A DNA stretch of 63,009 bases, filler included, from Octopus bimaculoides (GCF_001194135.2; 6 parts of 5 records of this genome joined end to end with filler, not necessarily neighbours in it), one strand, 5' to 3'; counted from the first letter of the whole stretch, positions 38,546 to 52,940 are shown. Program-made: numbers and translations. The notes: a model not told the origin generated them from the letters alone.

Positions 38546-39319
38546 AATGACATGCAGTATTTTTGAAGCTAATTGTTATTTATTTCATCTTGTCATCTTA
38601 ATCAAACTATTCCATGAACTGGATCAGATACTGAATTAACTTAAAATACTGTACATGATTTAATATGAGCGTTAATAACCAAAGGAAACTCACAGATAAC
38701 TTTTATTTAATTTATTAATTTAAAAATAAAATTCCATAAAATTCACACCTTTATGTTATCTCTGAATAAATGATAATCAATAATAATAAGGTATTTCATG
38801 ATCACATGATTTTGTCATGTGATTGATTTAATTCAATAAAATTTATAACTTTACTGTTTTCATACATGTTCAAAATTCAGAGAAATTATTGAATTTAATT
38901 AAATTATTTGCAAACAAATTTAGTGTGCCTGTGATGGTACGATTTAGTCTTGTGGTACAATCAAAATAAAAAATAAATTTTAAAAATTTGACTTTGCTGC
39001 CTCAAACATGTTTAAAATTCAAAGAAATAGTTTAATGTAATTTAATTTAATTATATACAAACAAATTTACTGTAATCAACACTGTTTGTCATATAGGCAA
39101 CATAGTCAAATGCCCAGCATCATTAGTTACCATGTAAATTATTGTTTAATATAATTACATCCATATCTATTGCTGGTATCATAACGACTGAAGTTAACGT
39201 ACAATCCTCAATAGCCAGACAATTTATGATTGATGAGACATTATGTAGCAAGCATTACAATTCATTGGTTGTGTACTGCAAGTAACAAGACAATTTTTAT
39301 TATAAAAGACAGAAAAGCA

Positions 39320-39720
39320 GTGAGCTTGCAGAATCGTTAGCATGCTGGGAAAAATGATGAGTAACATTTCGTATATCTTTATGTTCTAAGTTCATATTCC
39401 TCCGAGGTCGACTTTGCCTTTCATCCTTTCAGGGTTGATAAATTAAGAACCAGATGTAATCGACTAGTCTCCTCCCTCCAAAATTTCAGCCCTTATAAAG
39501 GACAAGATGAAGGTGGTGAGCTGGCAGAATCATTAGTGTGTTGGGAAAATATAACAACATTCCTTCTGGTCCTTTATGTTCTGAGTTCAAATTCCACCAA
39601 GGTTGATTTTTGCCTTTCATCCTTTTGGTGTTTGATACAATAAGTATCAGTTGAACACCCGGGTTAATGTAATTGACTTATTATCCCTCTATAATTGCTG
39701 GCCTTGTGCCAAAATTCGTA
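39320..39720 (+). mobile_element. Two tandem family B SINEs (39320-39500, 39510-39720)
   Basis: Two heads (GAGCTTGCAGAATCGTTAGC and GGTGGTGAGCTGGCAGAATCATTAG), each followed by a B-box and TTTGCCTTTCATCCTTT. Confidence 0.8.
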
Positions 39721-40172
39721 GTCATTCAAGTTGCTATACAATGAGACTGAACCTAAAATCTTGTGGTTGGGAAGCAAATGGCTTACCACCTGCATCTATG
39801 GAAAACTATTATAATGATAAGACAAACTTGAAGAATTTTATAAAAAACATTTTCAAATAGAATGAATTCCACATGCTTAAGCAGCAATACATACTTGGCT
39901 GAGAAAATGTTACAGAGAATATAAAATAGATTGAAATTATGAAAAAGAAAAAAGAAAAGAAAAGAAAAAGAAGCAGAACCTGAACATATGTGACTGAATG
40001 ATAGTGAATTAAATCATCATTTTCTAGCATCAATGATATATGATCCAGTTTCCAATAATTGGAATTACTTCTCTACATAGATAGGAACTCTCTAATTTTC
40101 ATCAAATTGTGTAAGTGATTGCGATTCTGTTGAGAACAGTGAACATGAGAACATTGAATATGATGACACTTT

Positions 40173-40238
<66 letters not shown>

Positions 40239-41539
40239 ACACACACATGCACACACACGTGTATGAATGCATGAAATGTCCATGTATAATTATGTGTACA
40301 TACATGCATACATACACACACACACACACATATATATATACATATATATATGTATATATGTGTATATATATATATATATACATATATACACACACACATA
40401 TATACATATATAATATACATATTTATATATATATATATATACACACACATATATGCATACATACATACACATACATATGTGTGTGTGTGTGTGTGTGCAT
40501 GTGTGTAGTATATATTTTATTATTTCGTTTAGACATAGTGATGATAATAACTTGGTATACATATGCTTCAGTACAAATATTATTTGATTAGAGAGCAGAA
40601 ATGAGAAAAGAAAATAACAAGCAAATAAAAATTATGCAATGAACTTCATTAACTTACAGCTGTTTCTGCTATAAGAAACAGTTCACTCAAAGTTGAATGC
40701 TTGTGTATCACCTAATAGATTCATCAGAGCTTTAAAAATGAGGTGAAGTTTTTACAAATCACTGCAAATAAAGAAAGCTAGTGTATGAGATCACCAGTAC
40801 ATCATATGAATATACAACTGCACTGTATGATGCTGAGCATGCATATTAATGCAAACATGAAAGCTTAATTTAGATTCCCAGATGCATTTCTGGCTCTTTG
40901 GCCTTCCTCAGTGTGGAAAATCAGAGTGAGATGACCCTGAGCAGGCTCAAAGCTGTAGCTTTAACTAAAAACAGTCAATATCAGTGACTGAACTGCACTA
41001 TATAGCCATCTGGTCAGAATACAAACAGCAGTGTCTGTGCCAAGCAGTGATGATGAATAAATGAACTTTAAGTTAGTTCATTGCAATTACCTCATTTATA
41101 TCAAAAACAATTTTTGCTTTTCAGCAAAACAAATACAAAAAGAATGTATTTTTGCATCTCATTTATATTTTGGTTATTCCTCCATAATTGAGAAAGTTAT
41201 TATTGCTTAATGCTAGTTGAATACATTAATGATGTGCCATTTAATAGCCTATTGATATTCTAACATGGATACTAATGATACATTCGTTTCACAATGAATG
41301 GATTCACCACAAATTGACTGACAATGAAGTGTCAGTCAATAAATGATGAAGACCAATGCTCCATGTGATAGGCTTGATAATTGTTGAGGTATTCCTTAAC
41401 ATGAAACCAATGGTAGTCTTAATACACAAATAAAGAATCTTAACCCCCCCAATGCAGTGTTGAGCATTCGTTTTCATTGTTCAATATTTACACAGACACA
41501 CACACATGCATATATATACATATATACATATATACATAC

Positions 41540-41591
<52 letters not shown>

Positions 41592-42890
41592 GTGGCGCAT
41601 ATGTATATACTTAGACATATTTAGGCCAGAATTAGCCTAGGATACCGCTTAGTTGATAGCAGTAACTGAATATATTGGAAATATCTATCTTTAATCTATC
41701 TAACACATACACACACACGCATACATACTCACACACACATACACACACATGTATGACTATGTGGGCGACAATTGTATATAGGTTTATATATATGTACAGT
41801 TATCAATATGTTTCTAGGTGCACAAATAAGTGTGTGTATGCAGATGTGCATGTGTGTACGTGTGTATCTGTACACATGTATGTGCGTGTGTATGTCTGTG
41901 TGTCACACAAAAACAAAAACAAAACACTCAATACAACTGACATTAAGGAAAATGCAGATAAACGAAATTCTTTAACAAAGGCAAGTGTACTTAGCACCAT
42001 CCCTAAACAAAGTCAATCAAAGTTCAAAAACAAAATTTTGAAAAATTCCATATCTCTATCTCTCTCTCTTCATCCCCACTCTCTCTCTGTAAGTATATGT
42101 ATATATATATATATATATNNNNNNNNNNNNNNNNNNNNNNNNNNNNNNNNNNNNNNNNNNNNNNNNNNNNNNNNNNNNNNNNNNNNNNNNNNNNNNNNNN
42201 NNNNNNNNNNNNNNNNNNNNNNNNNNNNNNNNNNNNNNNNNNNNNNNNNNNNNNNNNNNNNNNNNNNNNNNNNNNNNNNNNNNNNNNNNNNNNNNNNNNN
42301 NNNNNNNNNNNNNNNNNNNNNNNNNNNNNNNNNNNNNNNNNNNNNNNNNNNNNNNNNNNNNNNNNNNNNNNNNNNNNNNNNNNNNNNNNNNNNNNNNNNN
42401 NNNNNNNNNNNNNNNNNNNNNNNNNNNNNNNNNNNNNNNNNNNNNNNNNNNNNNNNNNNNNNNNNNNNNNNNNNNNNNNNNNNNNNNNNNNNNNNNNNNN
42501 NNNNNNNNNNNNNNNNNNNNNNNNNNNNNNNNNNNNNNNNNNNNNNNNNNNNNNNNNNNNNNNNNNNNNNNNNNNNNNNNNNNNNNNNNNNNNNNNNNNN
42601 NNNNNNNNNNNNNNNNNNNNNNNNNNNNNNNNNNNNNNNNNNNNNNNNNNNNNNNNNNNNNNNNNNNNNNNNNNNNNNNNNNNNNNNNNNNNNNNNNNNN
42701 NNNNNNNNNNNNNNNNNNNNNNNNNNNNNNNNNNNNNNNNNNNNNNNNNNNNNNNNNNNNNNNNNNNNNNNNNNNNNNNNNNNNNNNNNNNNNNNNNNNN
42801 NNNNNNNNNNNNTATTCTAGCTTGTAAAGATTTATATTTCTTATTAATTGACGTTTTTAAGTTTCAGATTCAATATGTGACTGTTTAATC

Positions 42891-43640
42891 ATGCCATGTA
42901 CAAAAGAAGCCTTAGAACTGTCTGAATTTCAAAGAGGCCATATTGTGGGGCATTCTGAAGATGGATATAGTCAGCGTAAAATCACAGAAAACCTTGGGAT
43001 CCCACTTTCTACAGTTAATAGAGTGATTGTGCAATTCACCAGAGAGGAGAAGGAGTCCACATTACCTTGTCCAGATCAACCAGGGCCCTCTGACAGGACC
43101 CTTCTCTTTGCTAAGAGAAGTATGGAGGATAACCCTAATTGCAAAGCCTCTGACATAGCAGAACAAGTTGATGTCAGTCCGAGAACTGCCGTAAGGTATC
43201 TCCACAAACTTGGTTAATATGGCAGAGCAGGAAGAAGGAAACCACATCTTTGACCAGCCAATATGAAACGGAGAAAAGATTGGGCCAGTGAGATGGTGGA
43301 GGGGCCACTAGCATTTTGAGACACTGTCATATTCTCTGATGAGTCCAGATTTGCTGTATTTCCTAACAGTGGTCGAGTGTGGTTCTGGAGACTCTGTGAT
43401 CAAGAATTTGATGTGAAAAGATTGCAACCAGCGATGAAACACAGCAACTATTCTGCGATGGTCTGGGGAACAATTTGGAGCAATAGTTGATCAGAGCTGA
43501 TAGAGTGTGAGGGAAAGATAAACTCAAATAAATATGTGTCCATATTGCAGAAAGGACTCTTTCCAAACTTCCCCAGTGGTGAAATGATTAAAGAAAAACT
43601 CTCTATTTATGGAAGATGGGATTCCTTGTCACACGGTTAA
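42891..43640 (+). pseudogene. Tc1-family transposase pseudogene
   Basis: [38 protein letters not shown] (paired-like HTH), then after stops GRAGRRKPHL, TVIFSDESRF (first DDE Asp), SAMVWGTI and CEGKINSNKYVSILQKGL. Several stops. Left TIR probably lost in the gap. Confidence 0.9.
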
Positions 43641-43794
43641 GAGTATTATTTTCAATATTTTTAGATTGTAGCTCTTAATAATTATATTAATACCGTTTAT
43701 GTAGGGATTAGTTTACAGATCTTGTCTCTTTATATATATTTTTATTTCTCATGTTTATGCTTATTCCTTGAATGATTTTAGGTATTTTCTTAGG

Positions 43795-44196
43795 GATCGA
43801 GCAAATCGACCCCAGGACTTATTCTTGGAAGCCTAGTACTTATTCTATCGGTCTCTTTTGCTGAACCGCTAAGTTACGGGGACGTAAACACACCANNNNN
43901 NNNNNGCTGAACCGCTAAGTTACGGGGACGTAAACACACCAGCATCGGTTGTCAAGCGATGTTGGGGGGACAAACACAGACACACAAACATATACACATA
44001 TATGCATATATAAATATATATACATATATACAACAGGCTTCTTTCAGTTTCCGTCTACCAAATCCACTCACACGGCTTTGGTCGGCCCGAGGCTATAGTA
44101 GAAGACACTTGCCCAAAGTGCCATGCACAGTGAGACTGAACCTAGAACCATGTGGTTGGTAAGCAAGCTACTTACCACACAGCCACTCCTGCACCT
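43795..44196 (-). mobile_element. SINE family A (35-bp assembly overlap across the 10-N gap)
   Basis: Reverse-complemented A body and head. CTGAACCGCTAAGTTACGGGGACGTAAACACACCA is repeated on both sides of the gap. Confidence 0.9.
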
Positions 44197-44315
44197 AGCT
44201 TTGTGATTGAATTTGGTAGGCAGAAGTTACTGCCATGTGTATATATGTCTGTGTATGTGCTTGTGCTTCTCTCCCAGAGAGTGAGAGAGGGACATACATA
44301 TATACATACATATCC

Positions 44316-44727
44316 TTTTATTCTTTTACTTGTTTCAGTCATTTGACTGTGGCCATGCTGGAGCTCCACCTTTAGTCAAGCAAATTGACCCCAGGACTTA
44401 TTCTTTGTAAACCTACTACTTATTCTATCAATCTCTTGGGCAAACTACTAAGTTACGGGGATGTAAACACACTAACATCAGTTGTAAAGCGATGGTGGGG
44501 AGACAACCACAGACACACACAAATATATATGTATACACACACACACACACACGCACACATACACAATGGGCTTCTTTCAGTTTCCACCTGCCAAATCCAC
44601 TCACAAGGCTTTGGTTGAACCGAGGCTATAGTAGAAGACACTTGCCCAAGGTACCATGCAGTGGGTCTGAACCCAGAGCCATGTGGTTGGTAAGCAAGTT
44701 ACATACCACACATCCACTCCTGTGCCT
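44316..44727 (-). mobile_element. SINE family A, full length
   Basis: Tail TTTTATTCTTTTACTTGTTTCAGTCATTTGACTGTGGCCATGCTGGAGC through head CATACCACACATCCACTCCTGTGCC. Confidence 0.9.
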
Positions 44728-44830
44728 ATATACATATTTCATATCAAGAAAATAGGAATATATTTATGTATATATATATTTCTATATCTATATGCATGTA
44801 TGTATCTATCTATCTCTATCTCTCTCTTTT

Positions 44831-44897
<67 letters not shown>

Positions 44898-44980
44898 NNN
44901 NNNNNNNNNNNNNNNNNNNNNNNNNNNNNNNNNNNNNNNNNNNNNNNNNNNNNNNNNNNNNNNNNNNNNNNNNNNNNNNN

Positions 44981-45021
<41 letters not shown>

Positions 45022-45071
45022 CACACACGCACACACACATATATATATATGTATGCTCACATACATACATA

Positions 45072-45106
<35 letters not shown>

Positions 45107-45685
45107 CATATGATACTAGAGATACATCTTATTTTGATTGGTAGTTGTTGTAAGAGACTACTAAAAGATAATAGATAGAAGAATGCATAATAGTATGTAT
45201 TTTTATCATCTCTGCTTCTTATTAATGGATATTTCGAAATTTACCCCCATTCTTACTTATTTTGAGGTGACATATGACCTTTTGTCACCCAAGAGAAATT
45301 CTTCAGTTGGTGAGGTGAGAGTTTTCTACTGATATCCTATAACAAAACTTCATAAAATACCTACCTCCACACAGCTTGTTGCAACTAATTGTTGTCAGTA
45401 TCAAAAACAAAATTCACATTCAATAAGAAATGAATGTAGATCTGCACTTCTTTCATTCAGCTTATTAACTTTAGATATTTCTTTTTGGTTGTTTTTAACT
45501 ATTATGCTACGGTGCTCCATCAAAACTTTGTAATAATGTCTAGTTTGAAACTCATATTGGGAAGAAAAGAAAATGAGTATTACACACCTCATAAAGTATA
45601 TAAAAAAAAGATGTTTTGTATTATATTACTAAGCTACACTTGCATGATGACTAGATTATAGTAGTTATATATGTGTGCGTGCATG

Positions 45686-45786
<101 letters not shown>

Positions 45787-46863
45787 TGCATGCTGAGATC
45801 TTCATAGTATTTTTGTAGGTAAGTATGCAATGACAAGGTGGTAATATCATATTAAGAAATTACACATCGGGAGGTATCTTATTTAATAAGTACGCCGAAG
45901 AGTTTATATATGATTACATTGATATTACATTGAATAGACACATATATCAAGATAGCGTTATTATAGTTTTGGATTAATACCCTCCAGACCAACGAAAATC
46001 TGTAAAGCCACTACCCAAACTTTTGTCTTTCTTTCTCTGTCGGTCTGTCTGTTTGTCTCTCTCTGTCTTTCTCTGTCTCTGTCTCTGTCTCTCTCTGTCT
46101 TTCTACAGAATCATATTTGTTTAGAGTGTAAAGCCAAGCTTGAAAGACAAGAAGATAATATTGATTAAACACATGGGTTGATACAGGCAATATTAAGTAA
46201 ACACATAAAAGGAAATGATAATTTATATTGAGTAAACATACCCCAAAGGTGACAGTCTTTAGTTAAGTAGACAGAAGTAAGTAAGTGAGTCTTATTGAGT
46301 TGTCACAAACAAGAGAAGACGGTATTGTTTTTGTGTGTGGCAAATGAATACAGGAGCAACATTAGTAAATATTGGAAGATGTCGCTAGTTTATTGACTTT
46401 CAGAAAAGAAGGAATGCAACATATTTTACTATTCTTTATACCTTCTCTCTTAGGCACACACATATATACATACACATATACACACAAACACACAGACAGG
46501 CACACATATGCCTGATTAGAAGAAGGTTAAAATGCAGATAATTAGAGTTTTAACAAGTTTATTAAATTGGAAAAGTGCTTGAGCTGTTTAATAAGTAAAA
46601 AACAAAACAAAACAAACAAGCAAAATGTTAAATGAATAATGAATAATGAATGAAATGTTATAACTTCAGAGTGAATTATGACTTTTTTTTTTCTTGTTAG
46701 AATATTTCAAAAATATATATCTAAATAAATAAACATGTTAAATGCTAACCTAAATAATGATATGTGTATACATATACAAATACATAGTTTTAGGTATATA
46801 TGTGTGTGTGTGTGTGCATATACACGTACACACACACATATATATATACATACACACATCATA

Positions 46864-46912
<49 letters not shown>

Positions 46913-47913
46913 AATGTATATATGTGCATATAATCTTTATTTTCATATCTTTATATATATTATTGCATANNNNNNNNNNNNNNNNNNNNNNNNNNNNNNN
47001 NNNNNNNNNNNNNNNNNNNNNNNNNNNNNNNNNNNNNNNNNNNNNNNNNNNNNNNNNNNNNNNNNNNNNNNNNNNNNNNNNNNNNNNNNNNNNNNNNNNN
47101 NNNNNNNNNNNNNNNNNNNNNNNNNNNNNNNNNNNNNNNNNNNNNNNNNNNNNNNNNNNNNNNNNNNNNNNNNNNNNNNNNNNNNNNNNNNNNNNNNNNN
47201 NNNNNNNNNNNNNNNNNNNNNNNNNNNNNNNNNNNNNNNNNNNNNNNNNNNNNNNNNNNNNNNNNNNNNNNNNNNNNNNNNNNNNNNNNNNNNNNNNNNN
47301 NNNNNNNNNNNNNNNNNNNNNNNNNNNNNNNNNNNNNNNNNNNNNNNNNNNNNNNNNNNNNNNNNNNNNNNNNNNNNNNNNNNNNNNNNNNNNNNNNNNN
47401 NNNNNNNNNNNNNNNNNNNNNNNNNNNNNNNNNNNNNNNNNNNNNNNNNNNNNNNNNNNNNNNNNNNNNNNNNNNNNNNNNNNNNNNNNNNNNNNNNNNN
47501 NNNNNNNNNNNNNNNNNNNNNNNNNNNNNNNNNNNNNNNNNNNNNNNNNNNNNNNNNNNNNNNNNNNNNNNNNNNNNNNNNNNNNNNNNNNNNNNNNNNN
47601 NNNNNNNNNNNNNNNNNNNNNNNNNNNNNNNNNNNNNNNNNNNNNNATATATATATACATATGCACACACACACACACATAAATATATATTTATAAACAC
47701 ACACACACATATATAAATATATATTAATAAACACACACACACACATATGTGTATGTGTGTGTGTGTGTGTATGTGTGTGTGTGTGTGTGAATATACATAT
47801 ATATCACTGTTTTGACTATATAATAATCTGGTGCACACACATACACACACAAGTTAAAGAATAATAAATAAATAGTACAAATACAAAAAAATACTTATAA
47901 ATAAAAGTAAGTA

Positions 47914-47944
<31 letters not shown>

Positions 47945-48224
47945 TTATAAAGAGAGAAAGAATTCTTAATTTTTGATTTAAAGCTTTAAAATAAACAAGC
48001 AAACAAACAAAAAGAATAAAATAGAAAGAAAAATAGAAAAATGAAACAAAAACAATATGGAAAAATAACCTCATCTCCCCAGTAAAAAAAAAATAAAGAA
48101 AAAAGAAGATGAAACATAACAAAACAAAGCAAAAGAAAAATCAGAAATGGAAAAAGAAGAAAATTATGTTTATAACTTTCCAAGTAAACAAGGTAATTCA
48201 TAAATAATATGAGCATTCAATAAT

Positions 48225-48324
48225 NNNNNNNNNNNNNNNNNNNNNNNNNNNNNNNNNNNNNNNNNNNNTTAATTAATTAANNNNNNNNNNNNNNNNNNNN
48301 NNNNNNNNNNNNNNNNNNNNNNNN
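48225..48324. other. Artificial scaffold-joining spacer 3
   Basis: 44N-TTAATTAATTAA-44N. Confidence 0.95.
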
Positions 48325-48554
48325 ATATACATATACACATACATATATATATGAATATAAATTTATGCAATACTCATTCATATATATAAGTATATATATA
48401 CACACACGTACACACACAAATAGATATACTATATTATACATCATATATTCTTAAGTTTACTTAGACCAACAGTACTCATTTCGCACCGTACAATTTCCCT
48501 TCTCCGATCGTCAGAGAAACGCCTACTTTTCCGTCGGTCACGTGGATTAGTATA

Positions 48555-48847
48555 TTACTTGATTCGATCAAGGGAACAGTCCCCGGGTGAAATCAACATA
48601 CAAGTGGCTAAGCACTTCACAGACGCGCATGCTCTTAACGTAGCTATGAAAGAAATTCAGCGTGACTTCGAGAGTGACAAGGTTGGTCCTATGAATTACA
48701 GGTACAACTCATTCTTGACAACGGAGTGGACCGGAGCAAAGTGAAATAAAGTCTCTTGCTCAAGATCACAAAGCACCTCCGGGAATCAAACTTACGACCT
48801 TATGATCGCAAGCCGAATGCCCTAACCATTAGGCCACGTACTTTCAC
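48555..48847 (-). mobile_element. SINE family C-related copy (older, different central segment)
   Basis: Its 3' domain aligns with 53860-54005 (GAAATCAACATACAAGTGGCTAAGCACT...CAGCGTGAC...GAGTGACAAGG). A tRNA head lies at 48780-48847. The middle has GAGTGGACCGGAGCAAAGTGAAATAAAGTCTCTTGCTCAAG instead. Confidence 0.75.
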
Positions 48848-50588
48848 TTTCAGAAAGTAAATGGAAAGACTTCTTCATACTTATCTGAATATCAGGGAAA
48901 TAACCGTAACTTAATAAATAGGAAATGTCGACATCATAGTATACAATACACGAGGGAGAAATGTTGTCTGTTATTCATTTAGTACTCTATTTTTCTTTTT
49001 ATACTGATATGGTAGCATACTGCTATTCATACATATCTATAAGCATTGTGTATGCATACTAGTATTATATTATCCATAGTACCTGAAACATGGTATTTAT
49101 ATCCGTCTGTCTCTCCTTATATATATACAGATGCATTTCTTTTTTCAGTTAAAGTTCCAAGTTACAACTTTTAGAATTTTCGTATTGTTTTTTGTTATCA
49201 AAGTTTAGGAAAATTCATTTCTTTAATTCAAATGCAATTCTATGCATATTCACGCATGCATGTTCCAATAATGCACATGTACAGGAACATGTATGCATGC
49301 ACAGAGCATCATGCATGAACAAAAGAAAAAAAGCAGTCCAAATGATTGAGAAATATATCTTAAAATAAAATAAACCATACACACATAGCCTATTTTTGGC
49401 ACAACAATGATCACAGCACGAAAATTAAAAGTTGCCAAATAAACAAGTTATGACGTTAATGTATTGGGCAGCAGTATATCGGCCGGAACGGTAGATTCTG
49501 ACTGACTGTCAAAACGTCGTATACTACTTGGATTCTTCACTGTATATTCTGAGTTTCAATCCCATTCGGATTCACTTTTCCTTTATCACTCCGAGGTCGT
49601 TATAATACTATCTTTACTATAATTAGATTGATATAACTGACTGGCCACTCCAGAATCAGTATTGTGTCCCTGAATGTACAAAAATCCACCATAGGCAAAG
49701 TATAATTGAGATATGAAATTTATGGATGCAGTGAAAAAGATTATAGTTTGTCAGCTAACCACTACCTGCATCCTTGTAGCGGTTAAGCACTACTTGCATA
49801 CTTACTGGATCCCCTATATAGAGCCACTGAGAAGGAACAGTCTCAGTTGCAAACACTCAATATCCTGCGTTCGTTCAAGTTATGGTATAAAAACTTATGC
49901 TATTCTGTTTTATGTTGTCTTGTTATAGAACCAATACATTCCTGGTTTATTAATCTTTCCAACAGTGACCATCACTTCCTATATTAAGTGATCACTAGAG
50001 ACTATACTTATGGTGTTTACATACAACAAGCAATCAATTAACCAATGCGTTCTCCCACTTAAAAAATAGAATACCATGAAAATAAGATTAGATATCATTT
50101 CTTGGAGGTTGAGAGATAAGTTGGTGTAACCGATAATATCTAACAAACTGCAGTACTTTTTGGTATTGGTACAAAATGCTTTTAACATTTGTACCTGGAT
50201 TTTATGATTTTAAATACCATTAAATTTGAGATTACTTGTAATCACTGTACGGTTGTCAGAAGAACTAAATGTAGGTACTTTTTTGATTAGGACAATGTAG
50301 CTGTAGCATCATGAAGCATAACGTCCTTGCAACAAGAGATGCTTCTGGCCTTGTTCCCCTCAATGAAAACAGTCTTCAGAAGACATACAAGCTACATTGC
50401 CTCACAGTTCCAAGGGGGATAGATCGTTATCAGAAGTCATTTGTAATCATGTATATATAAATATGCACGTGTAAATATACGTATATATGTCTCTGTGTGT
50501 GTGCGTGTGCGTGTGTATGTGCGCGTGTGTGTTTGTGTGTGAGTGTGTATGCACAATTATAGTTCATTACACAAACGCCAATATCAAT

Positions 50589-50642
<54 letters not shown>

Positions 50643-50845
50643 CTCTATCTATCTATCTATCGATATATATATATATATANNNNNNNNNNNNNNNNNNNNN
50701 NNNNNNNNNNNNNNNNNNNNNNNNNNNNNNNNNNNNNNNNNNNNNNNNNNNNNNNNNNNNNNNNNNNNNNNNNNNNNNNNNNNNNNNNNNNNNNNNNNNN
50801 NNNNNNNNNNNNNNNNNNNNNNNNNNNNNNNNNNNNNNNNNNNNN

Positions 50846-51199
50846 ATATATTAGAAGGTTTTTAACTTTTAAATTTTCATATTCAAAAGAGACAGAGACT
50901 TCAAACTCGATATATCGATTTATTCACCACTCTATGTTAACATTTCTGTGCCAAACTTATCCAGTGATTCTAAGGATTTAATAATCGTTATGTATGTCTT
51001 TTTTCGTGTTTTGTTCGGTTGGTAACCACTCCTGAAGAAGTGCCAAATGTCTGAATCCAATGGACCAGTCACTGGATAATGTTAACATAGAGTGGCACAG
51101 AAATGTTAACATAGAGTGGTGAATAAATCGATATATCGAGTCTGAAGTCTCTGTCTCTTTTGAATATGAAAATTTAAAAGTTAAAAACCTTATAATATA
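50846..51199. mobile_element. Foldback/MITE with near-perfect TIRs of about 107 bp in a TA tract
   Basis: 50846-50953 versus the reverse complement of 51093-51199 shows about 2 mismatches. Spacer about 140 bp. TA-repeat flanks. Confidence 0.85.
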
Positions 51200-52079
51200 C
51201 ATATAAACTGTGAGAACGACCCTTAAGGAATCTAGTTAATGATCCCCTAAGGTAATTCTTATGCTATATTGGTAACGGTTGCTACATCCTCTGGAAAATT
51301 ATTATAATATATATATATATATATGACTTACACACACACGCTATATACAGGGAAAGTATTAGTAGTGAGAAAGTAATTCTCGATGTACATACATCAGAAA
51401 CCACTGTAACCTAATGAAGTTCATACCATCAACTTTGTTGTTCCTGTGTCATCTATTTTTCTTATTACCTGTTTGTAGACGGCTTACAAACACGTCGTTC
51501 TGAAAGATACGTACGTTGACGTCTACACCAGGCTGTTAGTCTCGCAATGTCTAAGACAAATATTGAAACACACACACACATACACACACATATTTAAGCT
51601 TGAATAATAGTGTTCTAATAAAAATAATTCCTTTGGCGCAATTACATGTATAATATTATAACTGGTGCTTATGTATTTCATTGAGTTACATATAAATCAA
51701 GGAAAAAATTCGAAGAGTCAGTGTGATAACTGTTTAAATTTCGTACCAACTGCTTCAGAGCCATTGCGTTTCGAACCGAATTATATACAAATAACCAGTG
51801 TCGTAAACAAAATAGTCCCCAAATATCTCCTGGGACTTCTTAATGATGCTCTCATGATGTGCAACTGTAGTCTTTTCAAGAAAGGGTGGATTTACATAGG
51901 TATTCTGCTCAAAATATATTAAGATTATATTTAATCATGCATAATTGGTTATATGCAACGTGAAATGGTGAAGAATATTCAAATTGTGCTTCATATACTC
52001 ATTTTCTGGGACTGATTTTTCTTAAACACACACACACACACGTACATTCATATTATACTATCTCATATGTACTTATGTA

Positions 52080-52179
52080 NNNNNNNNNNNNNNNNNNNNN
52101 NNNNNNNNNNNNNNNNNNNNNNNTTAATTAATTAANNNNNNNNNNNNNNNNNNNNNNNNNNNNNNNNNNNNNNNNNNNN
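52080..52179. other. Artificial scaffold-joining spacer 4
   Basis: 44N-TTAATTAATTAA-44N. Confidence 0.95.
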
Positions 52180-52196
52180 CAGTCCGGGTGTTGTGA

Positions 52197-52393
52197 GTGA
52201 AACAGGAAATAAGAGTGAGAGAAAGTTGTGGTGAAAGAGTAGAGCAAGGTTCGCCACCATCCCCTGCCGGAGCCTCGTGGAGCTTTAGGTGTTTTCGCTC
52301 AATAAACACTCACAACGCCCGGTCTGGGAATCGAAACTGCGATCCTATGACCACGAGTCCGCTGCCCTAACCACTGGGCCATTGCGCCTCCAC
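52197..52393 (-). mobile_element. SINE family C 5' half (young), near the scaffold edge
   Basis: Nearly identical to 54010-54208. Confidence 0.9.
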
Positions 52394-52940
52394 AAATAAA
52401 ATATAGCAGCTAGCTTTAAGCAGGTTGAGTGACAACAGAAATTCCCTGGCTGGCTCGTAAAACCACCGAAGTTTTATGGGCTGGTGAACGTTATTGTGTC
52501 CAAAACTACTCCATTTCCTACTTCTTAACTGGCTTCGACATTTTAAACATCCATGTGGGATTATGTTGTTGTTTATTTAACTAAATTTTAGTGCATAAGA
52601 TGTTCAAACCAGAAAAACATTATCTGATAATGTTGTTTGTATTGCTGATTCAAGCTCCTCCATATGCTACCATAGAAGTTATGCAATGCCTTAATGCAAT
52701 TAAATGATGGAGTGGAGTAGAGACGAGTTGTTAAATCATAACAAAAACAACACAAAATCAACGCTTGCTGAATCTGCAATAAATTCGCTGGGTGATGCAA
52801 CTGATGCAACAGTTCTCCTTCGTTTATCTTGCATCACATAGATTGCACTAATTCCTAATTAGCATGCAGTCATGAGACAAACTACGGTAGTTAGTCAAAA
52901 TTGATACACATGTAATTATATAATATGGTTGTAGAGTTAT

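Noticed and set aside
43861-43940. 35-bp tandem duplication inside a SINE
   Set aside because: It straddles a 10-N gap, so it is an unmerged contig overlap.
45401-45592. 63-aa minus ORF (…RHYYKVLMEHRSII…) as an exon
   Set aside because: The donor is poor, the strong donor at about 45364 is not reachable in frame, and no homology was recognised.
50291-50460. Frame ending ...LTVPRGIDRYQKSFVIMYI* resembling a CR1/L2 ORF2 C-terminus
   Set aside because: Similarity is limited to a few residues and there is no upstream RT sequence. Too weak to annotate.
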